From: Bdellovibrionota bacterium
GTDB lineage: Bacteria > Bdellovibrionota_C > UBA2361 > JBIKWN01
NCBI GenBank assembly: GCA_044356295.1
Contig: JBIKWN010000019.1
Location: 1 to 38,094 of the forward strand
Direction: 5' to 3'
DNA: 38,094 nucleotides
Of this stretch, positions 11,188 to 21,434 are shown piece by piece (the stretch's first letter is position 1; every line of letters begins with the position of its first letter). The translations under genes were made by a program, and so were the position numbers. The notes below the pieces were generated by a model. The model saw nothing but the letters and a program-made list of their open reading frames with translations. It searched no databases and was not told the DNA's origin.

Positions 11188-12808
11188 CGGTGATTACCTC
11201 TGTTTTAACTTTTGATTTTTTATTTGTCGATTTTTTTACTACTTCTTGATCTGTTAGAGGAAGATTTAAGATCTTTTGAATACTAGCTTTATTTTTATTC
11301 ATGACCGCTTTGAGTGCAGAACGAGCTGCAAAAACCTTACCTATATCTATCCCTACCCAATTACCTAAAAGAAAATACTCATCAAAAACTTTGTATGCAC
11401 TTGCAAGCAATAAAGAATGCCAATCAACTTTTTGATCTGTTGTAGCTTGCAGCGCATTAGTCGCAAAATTATTAGCAAGCTCGTAAAATCTTGGCTCAAT
11501 CATATTATTAAAGTTAGATGACGGTTCAGTAGGATTACCGTTAGACCCATAGGCTAAACCAACCGCATACGAAACATATGATCTGATTTTTTCAGCTGCC
11601 TCCACTAAACCCGCCAACTCGATGGAATAATTCAACAAATTAGATTCTTCTATTGTATAAAGCGGCAAGATTGTATCTACCCACTTTAAGGGCTTCATAT
11701 TATCCATCGAATAGCCAAAACAATGAATACGCGAAGCACCAATACCGTTCCTATCAAAGCGTTCAACAACCTTTGACCGTATATGACCCTGTTGTATAGT
11801 TGTTAATTCTAGCCAATACCGAAATCCAATCGATGTACCGGGCGCTTTTTTTGATACCAAAGTTTCTTGTTTCTTCAATTGCCGGTATGGGGTTAATGGG
11901 TGTATCCAGTTCTCTGAATAATTATTACCGTAGTTTTTTGTTAAAAATGTAGCACAGCCTTCAACAAAGGTGGTAGAAGAATATACGGCACATTGGATTT
12001 TGTCAGTATTTAAACATAGGATGATACGTCGTGGCATAGTCCAATATACATGGAATGGATGACAATCATGTGGCTCGACTTTTTCATCCTGGGTACTACT
12101 CTTTGTACTGCTAAGCCATGGAAAAATTGTAATAGCGTCGTCGGAATTGGGACGTTGCTGACAATCAAATGCTGAAAGCTCAAGCACATTATTCCAAATG
12201 TCCCCCCATAGCGTTACGCCTTTAACTATGGTTGTAAGTGGGCCACCCCCACGTGCAGATGTGCGATGTCCCGCGCCACCTGAAGGTGCGTTAATTTGCA
12301 AAGCATATAATGCCGCTGAAGTAGCCAATAGCGACAATGAATAGTTTTCGTTTTCAATAGGGCGCTTAACAAAAAAATCCTTGTTGAATTTTTCAGATTG
12401 TTCACCCGGCGCATCAATTAAAAGACGATTTATACCGACAGGCTTTGCATCACTAGACCATCCCCGATCAAAGTCCTGCATAAATCGAGGACCATCCCCA
12501 TTTAAATTGAATGCAAACTCAAATTTTTGAAAAGCTTCCTTTAATTCATTTTCGCTGGGATTTGTATCGCGATACTTACGCCATTCGCGTGGGTCTTTTG
12601 GTGCAAATGCAGTCTGCACAAGTCCTATTAAAAACTGGATCAATGCACCATTAAAATCAGGCCGCGGCGCCGCTAGATCTATGATTGGATCTTTTGCAAA
12701 GTTATTTACAACTTCATGCGGGGCAATAAATTCGATTGTTCCTGATTGACGACGAACTGGTATCCATTTTTCATTCAAAAGATTATAGATCTTCATCTTT
12801 GACCTCAT
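11177..12808 (-). CDS. cas8e: Cas8e (Cse1/CasA) large subunit
   Basis: YNLLNEKWIPV, PRPDFNGALIQFLIGL, PRFMQD, NAPSGGAGHRTS.RGGGPLTT, WIHPLTPY. The true start may be the second Met (MKIYNLL). Confidence 0.95.
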   Translation of the reverse strand: MRSKMKIYNLLNEKWIPVRRQSGTIEFIAPHEVVNNFAKDPIIDLAAPRPDFNGALIQFLIGLVQTAFAPKDPREWRKYRDTNPSENELKEAFQKFEFAFNLNGDGPRFMQDFDRGWSSDAKPVGINRLLIDAPGEQSEKFNKDFFVKRPIENENYSLSLLATSAALYALQINAPSGGAGHRTSARGGGPLTTIVKGVTLWGDIWNNVLELSAFDCQQRPNSDDAITIFPWLSSTKSSTQDEKVEPHDCHPFHVYWTMPRRIILCLNTDKIQCAVYSSTTFVEGCATFLTKNYGNNYSENWIHPLTPYRQLKKQETLVSKKAPGTSIGFRYWLELTTIQQGHIRSKVVERFDRNGIGASRIHCFGYSMDNMKPLKWVDTILPLYTIEESNLLNYSIELAGLVEAAEKIRSYVSYAVGLAYGSNGNPTEPSSNFNNMIEPRFYELANNFATNALQATTDQKVDWHSLLLASAYKVFDEYFLLGNWVGIDIGKVFAARSALKAVMNKNKASIQKILNLPLTDQEVVKKSTNKKSKVKTEVITDGI

Positions 12809-15533
12809 GCAGACCTATTACAGGGTCATATTTAAAATCAACTAATTTATTTTTACGCGTCATAACTTGCCCTGAATAGTAATCAGACTGCTCTTCAATT
12901 ACCACAAAATTCCTCCATTTATGTTGTGGCTTTTCTTTTAATTCAATAATTGCTGGGGTATCTGGCAATGGTTTATATTTACCGGGCAAGCGTACCTCGC
13001 TAAGCTCCCATGCATTTTCCCCATTAAATAAGGGATACAATCTCCCATTTTTACTTATAACAAGAGTAACTTGATATTGATCCTCAGATAGCCTTGTTGG
13101 CGTATCAACATCCTTTGACCAGTTACTATTTTGCATGTCGTACCCCTGCAATACACTCAAGCCATTAATCATAGCAAGACTTTTCGCACCACTATCGATA
13201 CCTACGGCTTTCTGCTCGCGGTATTCTAAGGCAGATGGAATATCATCATCAGATGTATTTCCATAGACTTCTTCCACATAAGATCTAAAATCATCGGGTG
13301 CACGAAGACAGCCTTCGCGAATTAAGATCTTTGCCGTTAAATATAATTTACCATGATGCTTGTATACAAAACTTGCTGGTCTTGAAAATGATTCATACCA
13401 GTCGCTTTGTGGTTGGTCTGTAAATTTGGGTCCGTATATAACTAACTTAGGTGTGCCCCTTTCATCTGCACCAAATATTCTGTTGCCATTTTTATCACGT
13501 GTATGGCGCATAAGGCGTCCTGCACGCTGTATTATCAAATCTATTGGTGCTAAATCGGTAATCATTAAATCAAAGTCAAGATCGAGTGATTGCTCAATGA
13601 CCTGCGTTGCGATTAAGAGTTGCCCTGATCGTTGCGATGTTGTGCTTTTATCCCCAAAAATTGAAAGTACTTTATCTTCGATACGCTGTCTATCACCATG
13701 GCAAAAACGGGAATGAAATAATGTTAACTTATCTTGGCCTACTTCTGTTTTGAATTCCTCAAACGCTTCTAGCGCATCGTTGATAGTATTTCTAATCCAA
13801 CAAACAGATTTTCCTTGGCGAGTAACTTCTTTAATTGTATTTATAATAGCAGATTTATCATGATAGTACTCCACAGTGACCGTGCGCCTTACTTCGTCAC
13901 GTGTTTTAAATGTAGCCCGTGTACAATTTGATACGCTTACTACGTCCAATGATGGATATGGATTCTCTTGTAGTGTATTTGGAAGAATATTTTGACCCCG
14001 CCCTTTTAAATAGGCCTTACTAAAAGCGTCTTTCATGTGCCTAGGTAATGTCGCAGACATCAAAATAACAGGGGCATTAAATCCCCCTTGGAACTCAAGT
14101 AATCGTTCTATTAGTTGCGCCATATACGAATCGTATGCATGTACTTCGTCAAGAATTAACACACTTCTGCTAGCGCCAAATAATCTAAGGCTTTGATGTT
14201 TGAGTGGCAAAACACCAACTAATGCTTGATCAATGGTGCCTACACCAAATGACGCAAGCAGTGACTTTTTAGATGTATCTGCAAACCAGGCTGCGCAATT
14301 TGCCTCGCCTGCTTGTATTTCAGTTTCTGCAATACCATTTAATGCTTCAACATCAATAGTAGTAGGTTCTACGTTGAGTATTTCTTGAAAGCGTTGATTT
14401 AAAGCACTTCGCGAATGTGCAAGTACCAATGAAGGCGATGTATTTGGGGCAAAAATATTTAAATACATGTCACTGACACGTTTGAATACGCCATTTGCGG
14501 TTGCCATGGTTGGTAACGCGAAAAAAACACTTTGTACTTGGTTAGCTGCGATTAAGCGATGCGCAAGGCAAAGTGCAGCTTCGGTTTTACCGGCACCAGT
14601 GGTGTCTTCGATAATATAAAGACTAGGCTCTTGCTGAATATGCATCTCCCCACAAAGTGACTGTAACGGAGTTGGGTGCATAATGTTTGGACATGTCTGA
14701 CCTATCGCAACAAAACCTCTACTAGGTGTTGGTAATATTTTCAGCTTTCGGATTGCATACTCTGCCTGCGGAATTGCATAACTTTTCCAATATTCCGGAA
14801 GTAGCATAGGCTTATCTACAAATTCAAATAATGCACTATTTGAACCAATCCAATCACAGAAGGTGGCAAACCCTGCAAGAATCCAAGATGACTGCATTAC
14901 CCTGGTTTTTTGTAAATCATAATCATGACCTAAGGCGATTGGTGATTTAGCAAGAAAGACATATGTATCTTCTATAAATTGCTCAGCGGCTGAAGTTGAT
15001 GATTCTGGATACAACACATCAACTGAATAATTACCACCTAGATCTGGTGGCAATCCATGATGACCAAAAATGCTATTTAAAGATGGATTTAAAATTTCAA
15101 ATTTTGTTGGTTCATCTTCATCAAATCCTGTAAATTTTTTTTGTATGTTATTACGTAAAACAACGTCAGCTCCTTTATAACTGCGGACAAAAATCAAGCC
15201 TGCAGTATCATGACGCAAAAGATATCTCTGGGTTGATGATTTACCATTCAAATGCAGAAAAAGGTCTGGTACTAAATTCTGGAATCCTTCAGTAAACTTA
15301 CCCAAATCATGCCACGCAAGGAGTAATGTTATAAAATCAACCAATTGCGATGATGGCATATTGTGAAAAGCGCAAAGGCGATTCACCAGTGATTTATCAG
15401 AATTCAATAAGCAGTATCCTACGGCTGCCACATCAAGGTTATGATACGGAACTAAATGATAGCGTGGCTGCTTATCACCAACATCGGGATCTGCTTTTGC
15501 CCAGTATTTAAAATAACCTTCTGATTCGATCAT
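12783..15533 (-). CDS. cas3: Cas3 HD nuclease-helicase
   Basis: HD domain (HNLDV, WHDLGK, GHHG, CDWIGS) fused to an SF2 helicase (TGAGKTE, DEVH, SAT, QRAGRLMRH). Confidence 0.98.
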   Translation of the reverse strand: MIESEGYFKYWAKADPDVGDKQPRYHLVPYHNLDVAAVGYCLLNSDKSLVNRLCAFHNMPSSQLVDFITLLLAWHDLGKFTEGFQNLVPDLFLHLNGKSSTQRYLLRHDTAGLIFVRSYKGADVVLRNNIQKKFTGFDEDEPTKFEILNPSLNSIFGHHGLPPDLGGNYSVDVLYPESSTSAAEQFIEDTYVFLAKSPIALGHDYDLQKTRVMQSSWILAGFATFCDWIGSNSALFEFVDKPMLLPEYWKSYAIPQAEYAIRKLKILPTPSRGFVAIGQTCPNIMHPTPLQSLCGEMHIQQEPSLYIIEDTTGAGKTEAALCLAHRLIAANQVQSVFFALPTMATANGVFKRVSDMYLNIFAPNTSPSLVLAHSRSALNQRFQEILNVEPTTIDVEALNGIAETEIQAGEANCAAWFADTSKKSLLASFGVGTIDQALVGVLPLKHQSLRLFGASRSVLILDEVHAYDSYMAQLIERLLEFQGGFNAPVILMSATLPRHMKDAFSKAYLKGRGQNILPNTLQENPYPSLDVVSVSNCTRATFKTRDEVRRTVTVEYYHDKSAIINTIKEVTRQGKSVCWIRNTINDALEAFEEFKTEVGQDKLTLFHSRFCHGDRQRIEDKVLSIFGDKSTTSQRSGQLLIATQVIEQSLDLDFDLMITDLAPIDLIIQRAGRLMRHTRDKNGNRIFGADERGTPKLVIYGPKFTDQPQSDWYESFSRPASFVYKHHGKLYLTAKILIREGCLRAPDDFRSYVEEVYGNTSDDDIPSALEYREQKAVGIDSGAKSLAMINGLSVLQGYDMQNSNWSKDVDTPTRLSEDQYQVTLVISKNGRLYPLFNGENAWELSEVRLPGKYKPLPDTPAIIELKEKPQHKWRNFVVIEEQSDYYSGQVMTRKNKLVDFKYDPVIGLHEVKDEDL

Positions 15534-15720
15534 GTTGGCTTAATTATTCAAAAATATTTTTGGAATTACATGAATTATTTAACTGCATTGACAGTTAATA
15601 GATCCTCTCGAAGGTATGTACATCATAAAACTTACATATTATCTAAAAACACCTAAATCTTGAAATTATTTACATAGAAACCTATCTATTTTCTAAAATA
15701 CAACTCACTTGAATTAAATC

Positions 15721-16263
15721 TCAAAATCGTCTAGCAGATGCCAGGTAATAAAACTCACACATTTTATATTGGGTACTAACCGCAACACCCATAATTGCAC
15801 GAGATGAGTTTTTATTGAGCGTATCGTATATCATAGCGATTTGTACCCGCACACCATTGTTGGCAGTATATTCCTTTGCGAGTTCTATTCTTCGACCTTT
15901 ATCCCTGGATATCCCGTAAAATATACCGTCATGATTTGTAGAGACGGCAACACGATTCCCACGCATATTGATAATGTGAACAAAATTTAGGACATTCGGT
16001 GCACCTATGCATGAGGACGAAATACGTCTAAAAGAACCACGCCATCGTCCCGAAAATTGCGTGGACTTTCTATTAAATCGAACAGGGTTAGTAGCTTTGA
16101 TATTTGTGCTATTGGACGTGGCAATCAGCCCAATAGTTTTTATTAACTTGGTTTTGGAAACCAACGGTCTTTCCGAATGAGCGGTGTTCGTAATATCAAA
16201 ATTTACAAAACTAACAATCATTAAATATAACAATATATTTAATAAAAAATTTAATCTTCTCAT
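15721..16263 (-). CDS. Hypothetical exported or membrane-anchored protein
   Basis: 180-aa ORF with a basic-then-hydrophobic N-terminus (MRRLNFLLNILLYLMIVSFV), a beta-strand-rich C-terminal half and two Cys. No family recognised. Confidence 0.65.
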   Translation of the reverse strand: MRRLNFLLNILLYLMIVSFVNFDITNTAHSERPLVSKTKLIKTIGLIATSNSTNIKATNPVRFNRKSTQFSGRWRGSFRRISSSCIGAPNVLNFVHIINMRGNRVAVSTNHDGIFYGISRDKGRRIELAKEYTANNGVRVQIAMIYDTLNKNSSRAIMGVAVSTQYKMCEFYYLASARRF

Positions 16264-16376
16264 AATAACACCTCATTCATAACTTTTACTAAAGACAAGA
16301 TATCTTTTACTATCTTGAATTGAACTTTACAAAGACGTGTACCTAAATATGGCATAGGCGCCATTTTTAAAAAGGA

Positions 16377-17351
16377 CTACTCAATTGCAACTAAAAGCGC
16401 TTTCGCTTGCTCAAGCACCTCTAACCTGAGTTTTTCAGGTCCGATATACTTTACATACTTTCCGATACTAAGGATCCGACGCGCAAGTTCAGGTGATATC
16501 ATTGAGGGAAAGCTTCGAGTTAAAATACCACTCTCATCTAAAAAGTCTTCCTGATCATCATGCCATTTTTGTTTTATATAATAGTGAGACGCAGGCGGCA
16601 GAATTTGTATCTGTACAGTATAAATATCTTCAGATGCCCATACACCAAAACCCTGCAACCAATCCGATTCACCAAGTGGGCTTGATGATGGGAGAGGAAT
16701 TAGTGCAATTGCATCAGGCAGAATTTCAAGTTCTTTAATAAAACCACTATTCAACACCAATCCCCTGCCTGTTTCCTCATGGAGAAAAACATATAAAGTT
16801 CCATCGCTAAAATGAACTTTCATAATTCGTCCTCGATATTTTTTATCAGAATTATGACGCCATGGTGATCGATAAGTTAATGAAACTGGGTCACCCCGAT
16901 AGGCAGCGTGCACCAGAGGGAAGAGTTTTGTATCAGATAAAATAGCTATTTGGGTTAAATCGCTTGAAAAGAAATTTAGAAGTGGGGCAAGTTCTTTGGA
17001 TAAATTTGAATTTTTGACACTAACTTGACGCCATAAATTATCGATAGCATTTTGCAAATCGTTCGCATCTAAAAGTCCAGCGATTTCACGCAATAGAAGT
17101 AATGCAGTAAATTCATCCCTTCCTGGACTGAATACTTCAGGTTGAAAGTTTTGATCAGTTAAATAATAGCCTCGCTGTGTTGATTCGTATGCAATCGGCC
17201 AATTAAGTTCGTAGTTGAGGCGTTCGATACAACGATTAGCTGTTGTGCGACTACAACCAGCTTTTTTAGCTAAGATCGTAGCATTTGGAAAATCATTACC
17301 CTTCAACAACTCATAAAAAAGAAGTGCCCTTGATTGAATAGAGTTAAGCAT
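16377..17351 (-). CDS. HTH-WYL(-WCX) domain transcriptional regulator
   Basis: N-terminal wHTH (FPNATILAKKAGCSRTTANRCIERL...PIAY...GYYL), central WYL-like region (VSLTYRSP...HFSDGTLYV), WCX-like tail (WHDDQ...ELARRILSIG.YV..IGPEKLR). Confidence 0.85.
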   Translation of the reverse strand: MLNSIQSRALLFYELLKGNDFPNATILAKKAGCSRTTANRCIERLNYELNWPIAYESTQRGYYLTDQNFQPEVFSPGRDEFTALLLLREIAGLLDANDLQNAIDNLWRQVSVKNSNLSKELAPLLNFFSSDLTQIAILSDTKLFPLVHAAYRGDPVSLTYRSPWRHNSDKKYRGRIMKVHFSDGTLYVFLHEETGRGLVLNSGFIKELEILPDAIALIPLPSSSPLGESDWLQGFGVWASEDIYTVQIQILPPASHYYIKQKWHDDQEDFLDESGILTRSFPSMISPELARRILSIGKYVKYIGPEKLRLEVLEQAKALLVAIE

Positions 17352-17424
17352 ATTGATAGCAATGTGAAATAATAATTGCTAAGGATTTTACTGTAAAAAA
17401 GGATAATCGGAATGTACTATTTTG

Positions 17425-17543
17425 TGCCCCTAAAGGGGCAGATTCGCAAAGCGAATCGGGGTGAAACGTTTGCCGGAGGCAAACTCCCCGAAGGGACAAC
17501 ATCGAACCCCTAAGGGGTCGATTCGCGGAGCGAATCGGGGGTG
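17425..17543. repeat. Cluster of six short GC-rich hairpins containing a duplicated ~37-bp unit (REP-like)
   Basis: TGCCCC-taaa-GGGGCA, GATTCGC-aaa-GCGAATC, GTTTGCC-gga-GGCAAAC, TCCC-cgaa-GGGA, ACCCC-taa-GGGGT, CGATTCGC-gga-GCGAATCG. Confidence 0.8.
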
Positions 17544-17550
17544 ACAACAC

Positions 17551-17623
17551 TGGGCGCAGCAGGGCTCGAACCTGCGACCCTCAGCTTGTAAGGCTGATGC
17601 TCTACCAACTGAGCTATACGCCC
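17551..17623 (-). tRNA. tRNA-Val (anticodon TAC), CCA not encoded
   Basis: GGGCGTATAGCTCAGTTGGTAGAGCATCAGCCTTACAAGCTGAGGGTCGCAGGTTCGAGCCCTGCTGCGCCCA folds as a cloverleaf with anticodon loop CTTACAA. Confidence 0.97.
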
Positions 17624-17655
17624 GTAAATCCACGTCATCAATTACGGTTCGGGTA

Positions 17656-18891
17656 TTATATTGCTGCAGACGATGAAGTCAACTCTGTGGCCTCCTTAGA
17701 GACGAGAAGCAGCTTCTTACTCACCAAAACAACCATAAGAAGGAACACAAACAGATTTGCCAAAGGGACGATACCGTAAAAATAAATGCTCCCTGTCGCA
17801 AGAACAAAAGCGTAATTATAGGTGCAAGAAATAGCTATACATAAAAGAACAAGATGATAAATCCACTGCTTGTCAAAGAGTGAGGCTTCAGTCTTGTTCA
17901 TTTTCCAAAGAAAAACAAAAACAATCAGATTCATAATCTGTGAATACTGATACACCTGAGCTGGATACAAAAACATTGGAAATACAAAAAGTATTCTTAG
18001 TAATGAAAGGTTCTTCTCATTCCCCAATTCTTTATGATGACGTGCCGTATTGAAGAACAAAGAAAAAATAGAAAATCCAAATATCCAAAGTGGGATTCCA
18101 TATTCAGCACTAATCCCTGCGTTCATTGTATAGTTAAACTCTTTACCGACATACATACACAGTAGTTCGCGTAAAAAATACAAACCATTAATCAAGCTAA
18201 TATTTTCTTTCGGATCAAAAAAGATACTTCTTCCAAATACTCTTTCTGACAAAAAATTATACCAATTACTTGGAGTGATAATTACAAAAATGAATGCAAC
18301 AACACATGCAATAAAAATCATCCTCCATCGTCGCTCAATCAATGCAGGAACAAAAAGAAGCACAGGATATACTTTTAAAAGGCATGCGAATGCCAGAGCA
18401 CATGCGACAAGTCCTTCCCTCTTATTCCAATAAACAAGGGTAAATGTGATAAGCAAGAATACAAACCCATCGATATTACCTCTTTCAAAAAGAAAGACTG
18501 CAGGACAACTTGCAAGACCTGCGGGCACAATGAGCCACGAGCAACCGCTTTCTTTCTTGAGAAGCACGAGCCCAAAAAAAATACATAAAACATTTATAAA
18601 TATGTAAATTATCGTAGCAGTATGTTGGCTAAAAAAGGTTAACGGCGCTAAAAGCATCGCGGCCGTCGGCGGGGTTACGAACCGTGGATCTACATACAAT
18701 GGAAATCCAGCAACAAAATTCTGAGCACCACGGTAAAAATCAACAAAATCAAGCCCAAGAGGAAAGCGTCGAATTAAATTAAACTGCAACCCAAAAATGA
18801 TCGAACACAAGAACAGAGCCAACAGTGTCGTAAGAAGTACACCTGCTAACAAAGCCCCTGGTTCGATCAGTCCGTGATCTTTTTTTTCCAC
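17656..18891 (-). CDS. Glycosyltransferase family 87-like (DUF2029) polytopic membrane protein
   Basis: DFVDFY, FVTPPTAAMLLAPL, ERGNID, LKVYP motifs and many TM segments (GT-C fold). Confidence 0.75.
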   Translation of the reverse strand: MEKKDHGLIEPGALLAGVLLTTLLALFLCSIIFGLQFNLIRRFPLGLDFVDFYRGAQNFVAGFPLYVDPRFVTPPTAAMLLAPLTFFSQHTATIIYIFINVLCIFFGLVLLKKESGCSWLIVPAGLASCPAVFLFERGNIDGFVFLLITFTLVYWNKREGLVACALAFACLLKVYPVLLFVPALIERRWRMIFIACVVAFIFVIITPSNWYNFLSERVFGRSIFFDPKENISLINGLYFLRELLCMYVGKEFNYTMNAGISAEYGIPLWIFGFSIFSLFFNTARHHKELGNEKNLSLLRILFVFPMFLYPAQVYQYSQIMNLIVFVFLWKMNKTEASLFDKQWIYHLVLLCIAISCTYNYAFVLATGSIYFYGIVPLANLFVFLLMVVLVSKKLLLVSKEATELTSSSAAI

Positions 18892-18897
18892 GTTTAC

Positions 18898-21348
18898 TTA
18901 GTGAGTAACCACCTGACTTGGTTGTTTCTCTTTACCATCTTCTTCATCAGAGTCTTTTTTACCCTCTGAAAAAAGAAGCTCATCTCGGATAGCTTTTTTC
19001 TCGAGTAATCTATCGAGCTCTTTAGCTTCTGAACAGATTAATGCTTCAAAGAGAACTTGATCCACGTGACTGACAGGAATGAATTCGAGTTCATTTCTTA
19101 CAGTTGCTGGAATTTCTTCGACATCGTTTTCATTCTCTTTCGGAATACAGATACGACGGATACCACCGCGGTGTGCCGCCATCGCTTTTTCTTTGAGTCC
19201 ACCGATAGGAAGAACATTTCCACGAAGGGTAATTTCACCTGTCATAGCAATCTGTTTATCGATTGGAATTCCAGTAAGAGCAGAAACAATAGAAGTTGCC
19301 ATGGTGATACCAGCTGATGGGCCATCTTTTGGAATCGCACCTTCTGGCACGTGAACATGGATATCAACTTTATCGTAGAAGTACTTAGGAAGCCCAAGCA
19401 TCTCGGCTCTTGAACGAACGTAGCTAAGCGCTGCTTTCGCAGATTCCTGCATTACATCCCCAAGTTTTCCTGTAATTTGCAGTCGCCCGCGTCCAGGTAA
19501 AATTGTGGTTTCAATGACAAGCAGTTCTCCACCTTTCTCTGTCCATGCAAGTCCAGTAGTTGTACCAACCTGATGGTCTTCTTCCCCTTTTCCGAAACGG
19601 AATTTTGGCTGACCAAGGAACTTAGTAATATTTTCTGAGCTGATAACAACTCGGTGATCTTTACCTTTCTCAACAACTTCAACAGCTGCTTTACGGCAAA
19701 GAGTACCAATATCTCTCTCAAGATTTCTTACACCAGACTCGCGGGTATAGCGTCTGATAACATCAACAATTGCTGAGTCATCAAGGATAAGATTTTTATC
19801 CTCAAGCCCGTTATCTTTTGTTTGTTTAGGAACGAGATACTTCTTGGCAATGTTTAACTTCTCAAGCTCGGTATAACCAGAGAGTCTAATGAGCTCCATA
19901 CGATCCAACAAAGGCTGCGGGATTGAATGAAGTGAGTTCGCAGTACAGATAAACATCACTTTTGTTAGATCGTAATCACAATCTAAATAGTGATCATTAA
20001 AAGTTCCATTCTGCTCTGGGTCTAACACCTCAAGAAGTGCAGAAGAAGGATCTCCTCTGAAATCAGTCGACATTTTGTCGATTTCATCAAGTAAGAATAC
20101 AGGATTTGATGCCCCTGCTTTCTTAAGACTCTGGATTACTTTTCCTGGAAGAGCTCCGATGTATGTTCGTCGGTGACCACGAATCTCTGCTTCATCACGT
20201 ACACCACCAAGTGCTACACGAACAAATTTTCGTCCTGTTGAATTAGCAATAGATTTACCAAGCGAAGTTTTACCAACCCCTGGAGGACCAACTAAACAAA
20301 GGATTGGGCCTTTAAGTTTTCCTACAAGTTTTTGAACTGCTAAATATTCAAGAATTCTCTCTTTAACTCTTTCTAAACCGTAATGCTCATCTTCAAGAAC
20401 ATCTCGTGCATGATCGATATCAATCTCGTCATCTGTGCACTCATTCCAAGGAAGTGAAAGCATCCAATCAACATAGTTTCGAACTACCGTTGCTTCTGCA
20501 GACATTGGAGACATCATCTTAAGCTTGCGAATCTCTTTCTCGGTTTTTTCACGAGCTTCGTCAGGCATGTCTTTTGATTTTAATTTATCTTCTAGCTCTT
20601 GAACTTCATTTCGGAAATCATCTTTTTCACCAAGCTCTTTTTGAATCGCGCGCATCTGTTCATTGAGGTAGTACTCCTTCTGAGTCTTTTCCATCTGCTT
20701 TTTAACGCGGTTACGGATTCTTTTTTCCACCTGAAGGATTTCGATCTCTGACTTCATGTGACCCATGATCTTTTCAAGTCGTTCCTGTGGAGGAATCGTC
20801 TCTAAGATATCTTGCTTATCTTCAAGTTTAATATTGAGCTGAACAACGATTGCATCTGCAAGTCGAGATGGATCCTCGATTGCATTTACTTGCATGATCA
20901 TTTCAGGATTAACTTTTTTACCGAGCTTCACGTAATTTTCAAATGTTACGCATACAGATCGCATTAAAGCTTTTAGTTCGGTTGAAACTTCAGTATCAGG
21001 GATAATCTCTTCTGCATCGACAAGCATGTACTCGTCTTCTTGCACGTACCTTTTGATACGAGCACGCATTTTACCTTCAACAAGAACTTTAATCGGTCCG
21101 TCAGCAAGACGAATTAATTGAACAACTTCGCCGAGTGTTCCAATAGTGTAGATATCTTTTTGTCCAGGATTCGTAGTTCTAGCATCTTTCTGAGCCGCAA
21201 GGAGGATGTATTTTCCTTCCCTTTGAGACTCTTCAATAGCTTTAACGCTTTTTTCTCTTCCGACAAAAAGAGGCACCACTTGCTGTGGAAAAACCACGAG
21301 CTCTCTAAGTGCTAATAATGGGACAGGGTTGTTTACAGATGATTTCAT
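18898..21348 (-). CDS. lon: ATP-dependent protease La (Lon)
   Basis: LON N-domain, Walker [19 protein letters not shown], catalytic PKDGPSAG and GGLKEK. Confidence 0.99.
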   Translation of the reverse strand: MKSSVNNPVPLLALRELVVFPQQVVPLFVGREKSVKAIEESQREGKYILLAAQKDARTTNPGQKDIYTIGTLGEVVQLIRLADGPIKVLVEGKMRARIKRYVQEDEYMLVDAEEIIPDTEVSTELKALMRSVCVTFENYVKLGKKVNPEMIMQVNAIEDPSRLADAIVVQLNIKLEDKQDILETIPPQERLEKIMGHMKSEIEILQVEKRIRNRVKKQMEKTQKEYYLNEQMRAIQKELGEKDDFRNEVQELEDKLKSKDMPDEAREKTEKEIRKLKMMSPMSAEATVVRNYVDWMLSLPWNECTDDEIDIDHARDVLEDEHYGLERVKERILEYLAVQKLVGKLKGPILCLVGPPGVGKTSLGKSIANSTGRKFVRVALGGVRDEAEIRGHRRTYIGALPGKVIQSLKKAGASNPVFLLDEIDKMSTDFRGDPSSALLEVLDPEQNGTFNDHYLDCDYDLTKVMFICTANSLHSIPQPLLDRMELIRLSGYTELEKLNIAKKYLVPKQTKDNGLEDKNLILDDSAIVDVIRRYTRESGVRNLERDIGTLCRKAAVEVVEKGKDHRVVISSENITKFLGQPKFRFGKGEEDHQVGTTTGLAWTEKGGELLVIETTILPGRGRLQITGKLGDVMQESAKAALSYVRSRAEMLGLPKYFYDKVDIHVHVPEGAIPKDGPSAGITMATSIVSALTGIPIDKQIAMTGEITLRGNVLPIGGLKEKAMAAHRGGIRRICIPKENENDVEEIPATVRNELEFIPVSHVDQVLFEALICSEAKELDRLLEKKAIRDELLFSEGKKDSDEEDGKEKQPSQVVTH

Positions 21349-21434
21349 AAGAATACAAATAAGTTACGGGTTACTTCACATATAAGATGCTAGTGAACAC
21401 TAAAAAAAATCACAAGATTGAAAGTATCGATAAA

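Noticed and set aside
17344..17779. ORFs 17344-17550, 17430-17633 and 17597-17779
   Set aside because: They overlap tRNA-Val and the hairpin cassette and have no protein features.
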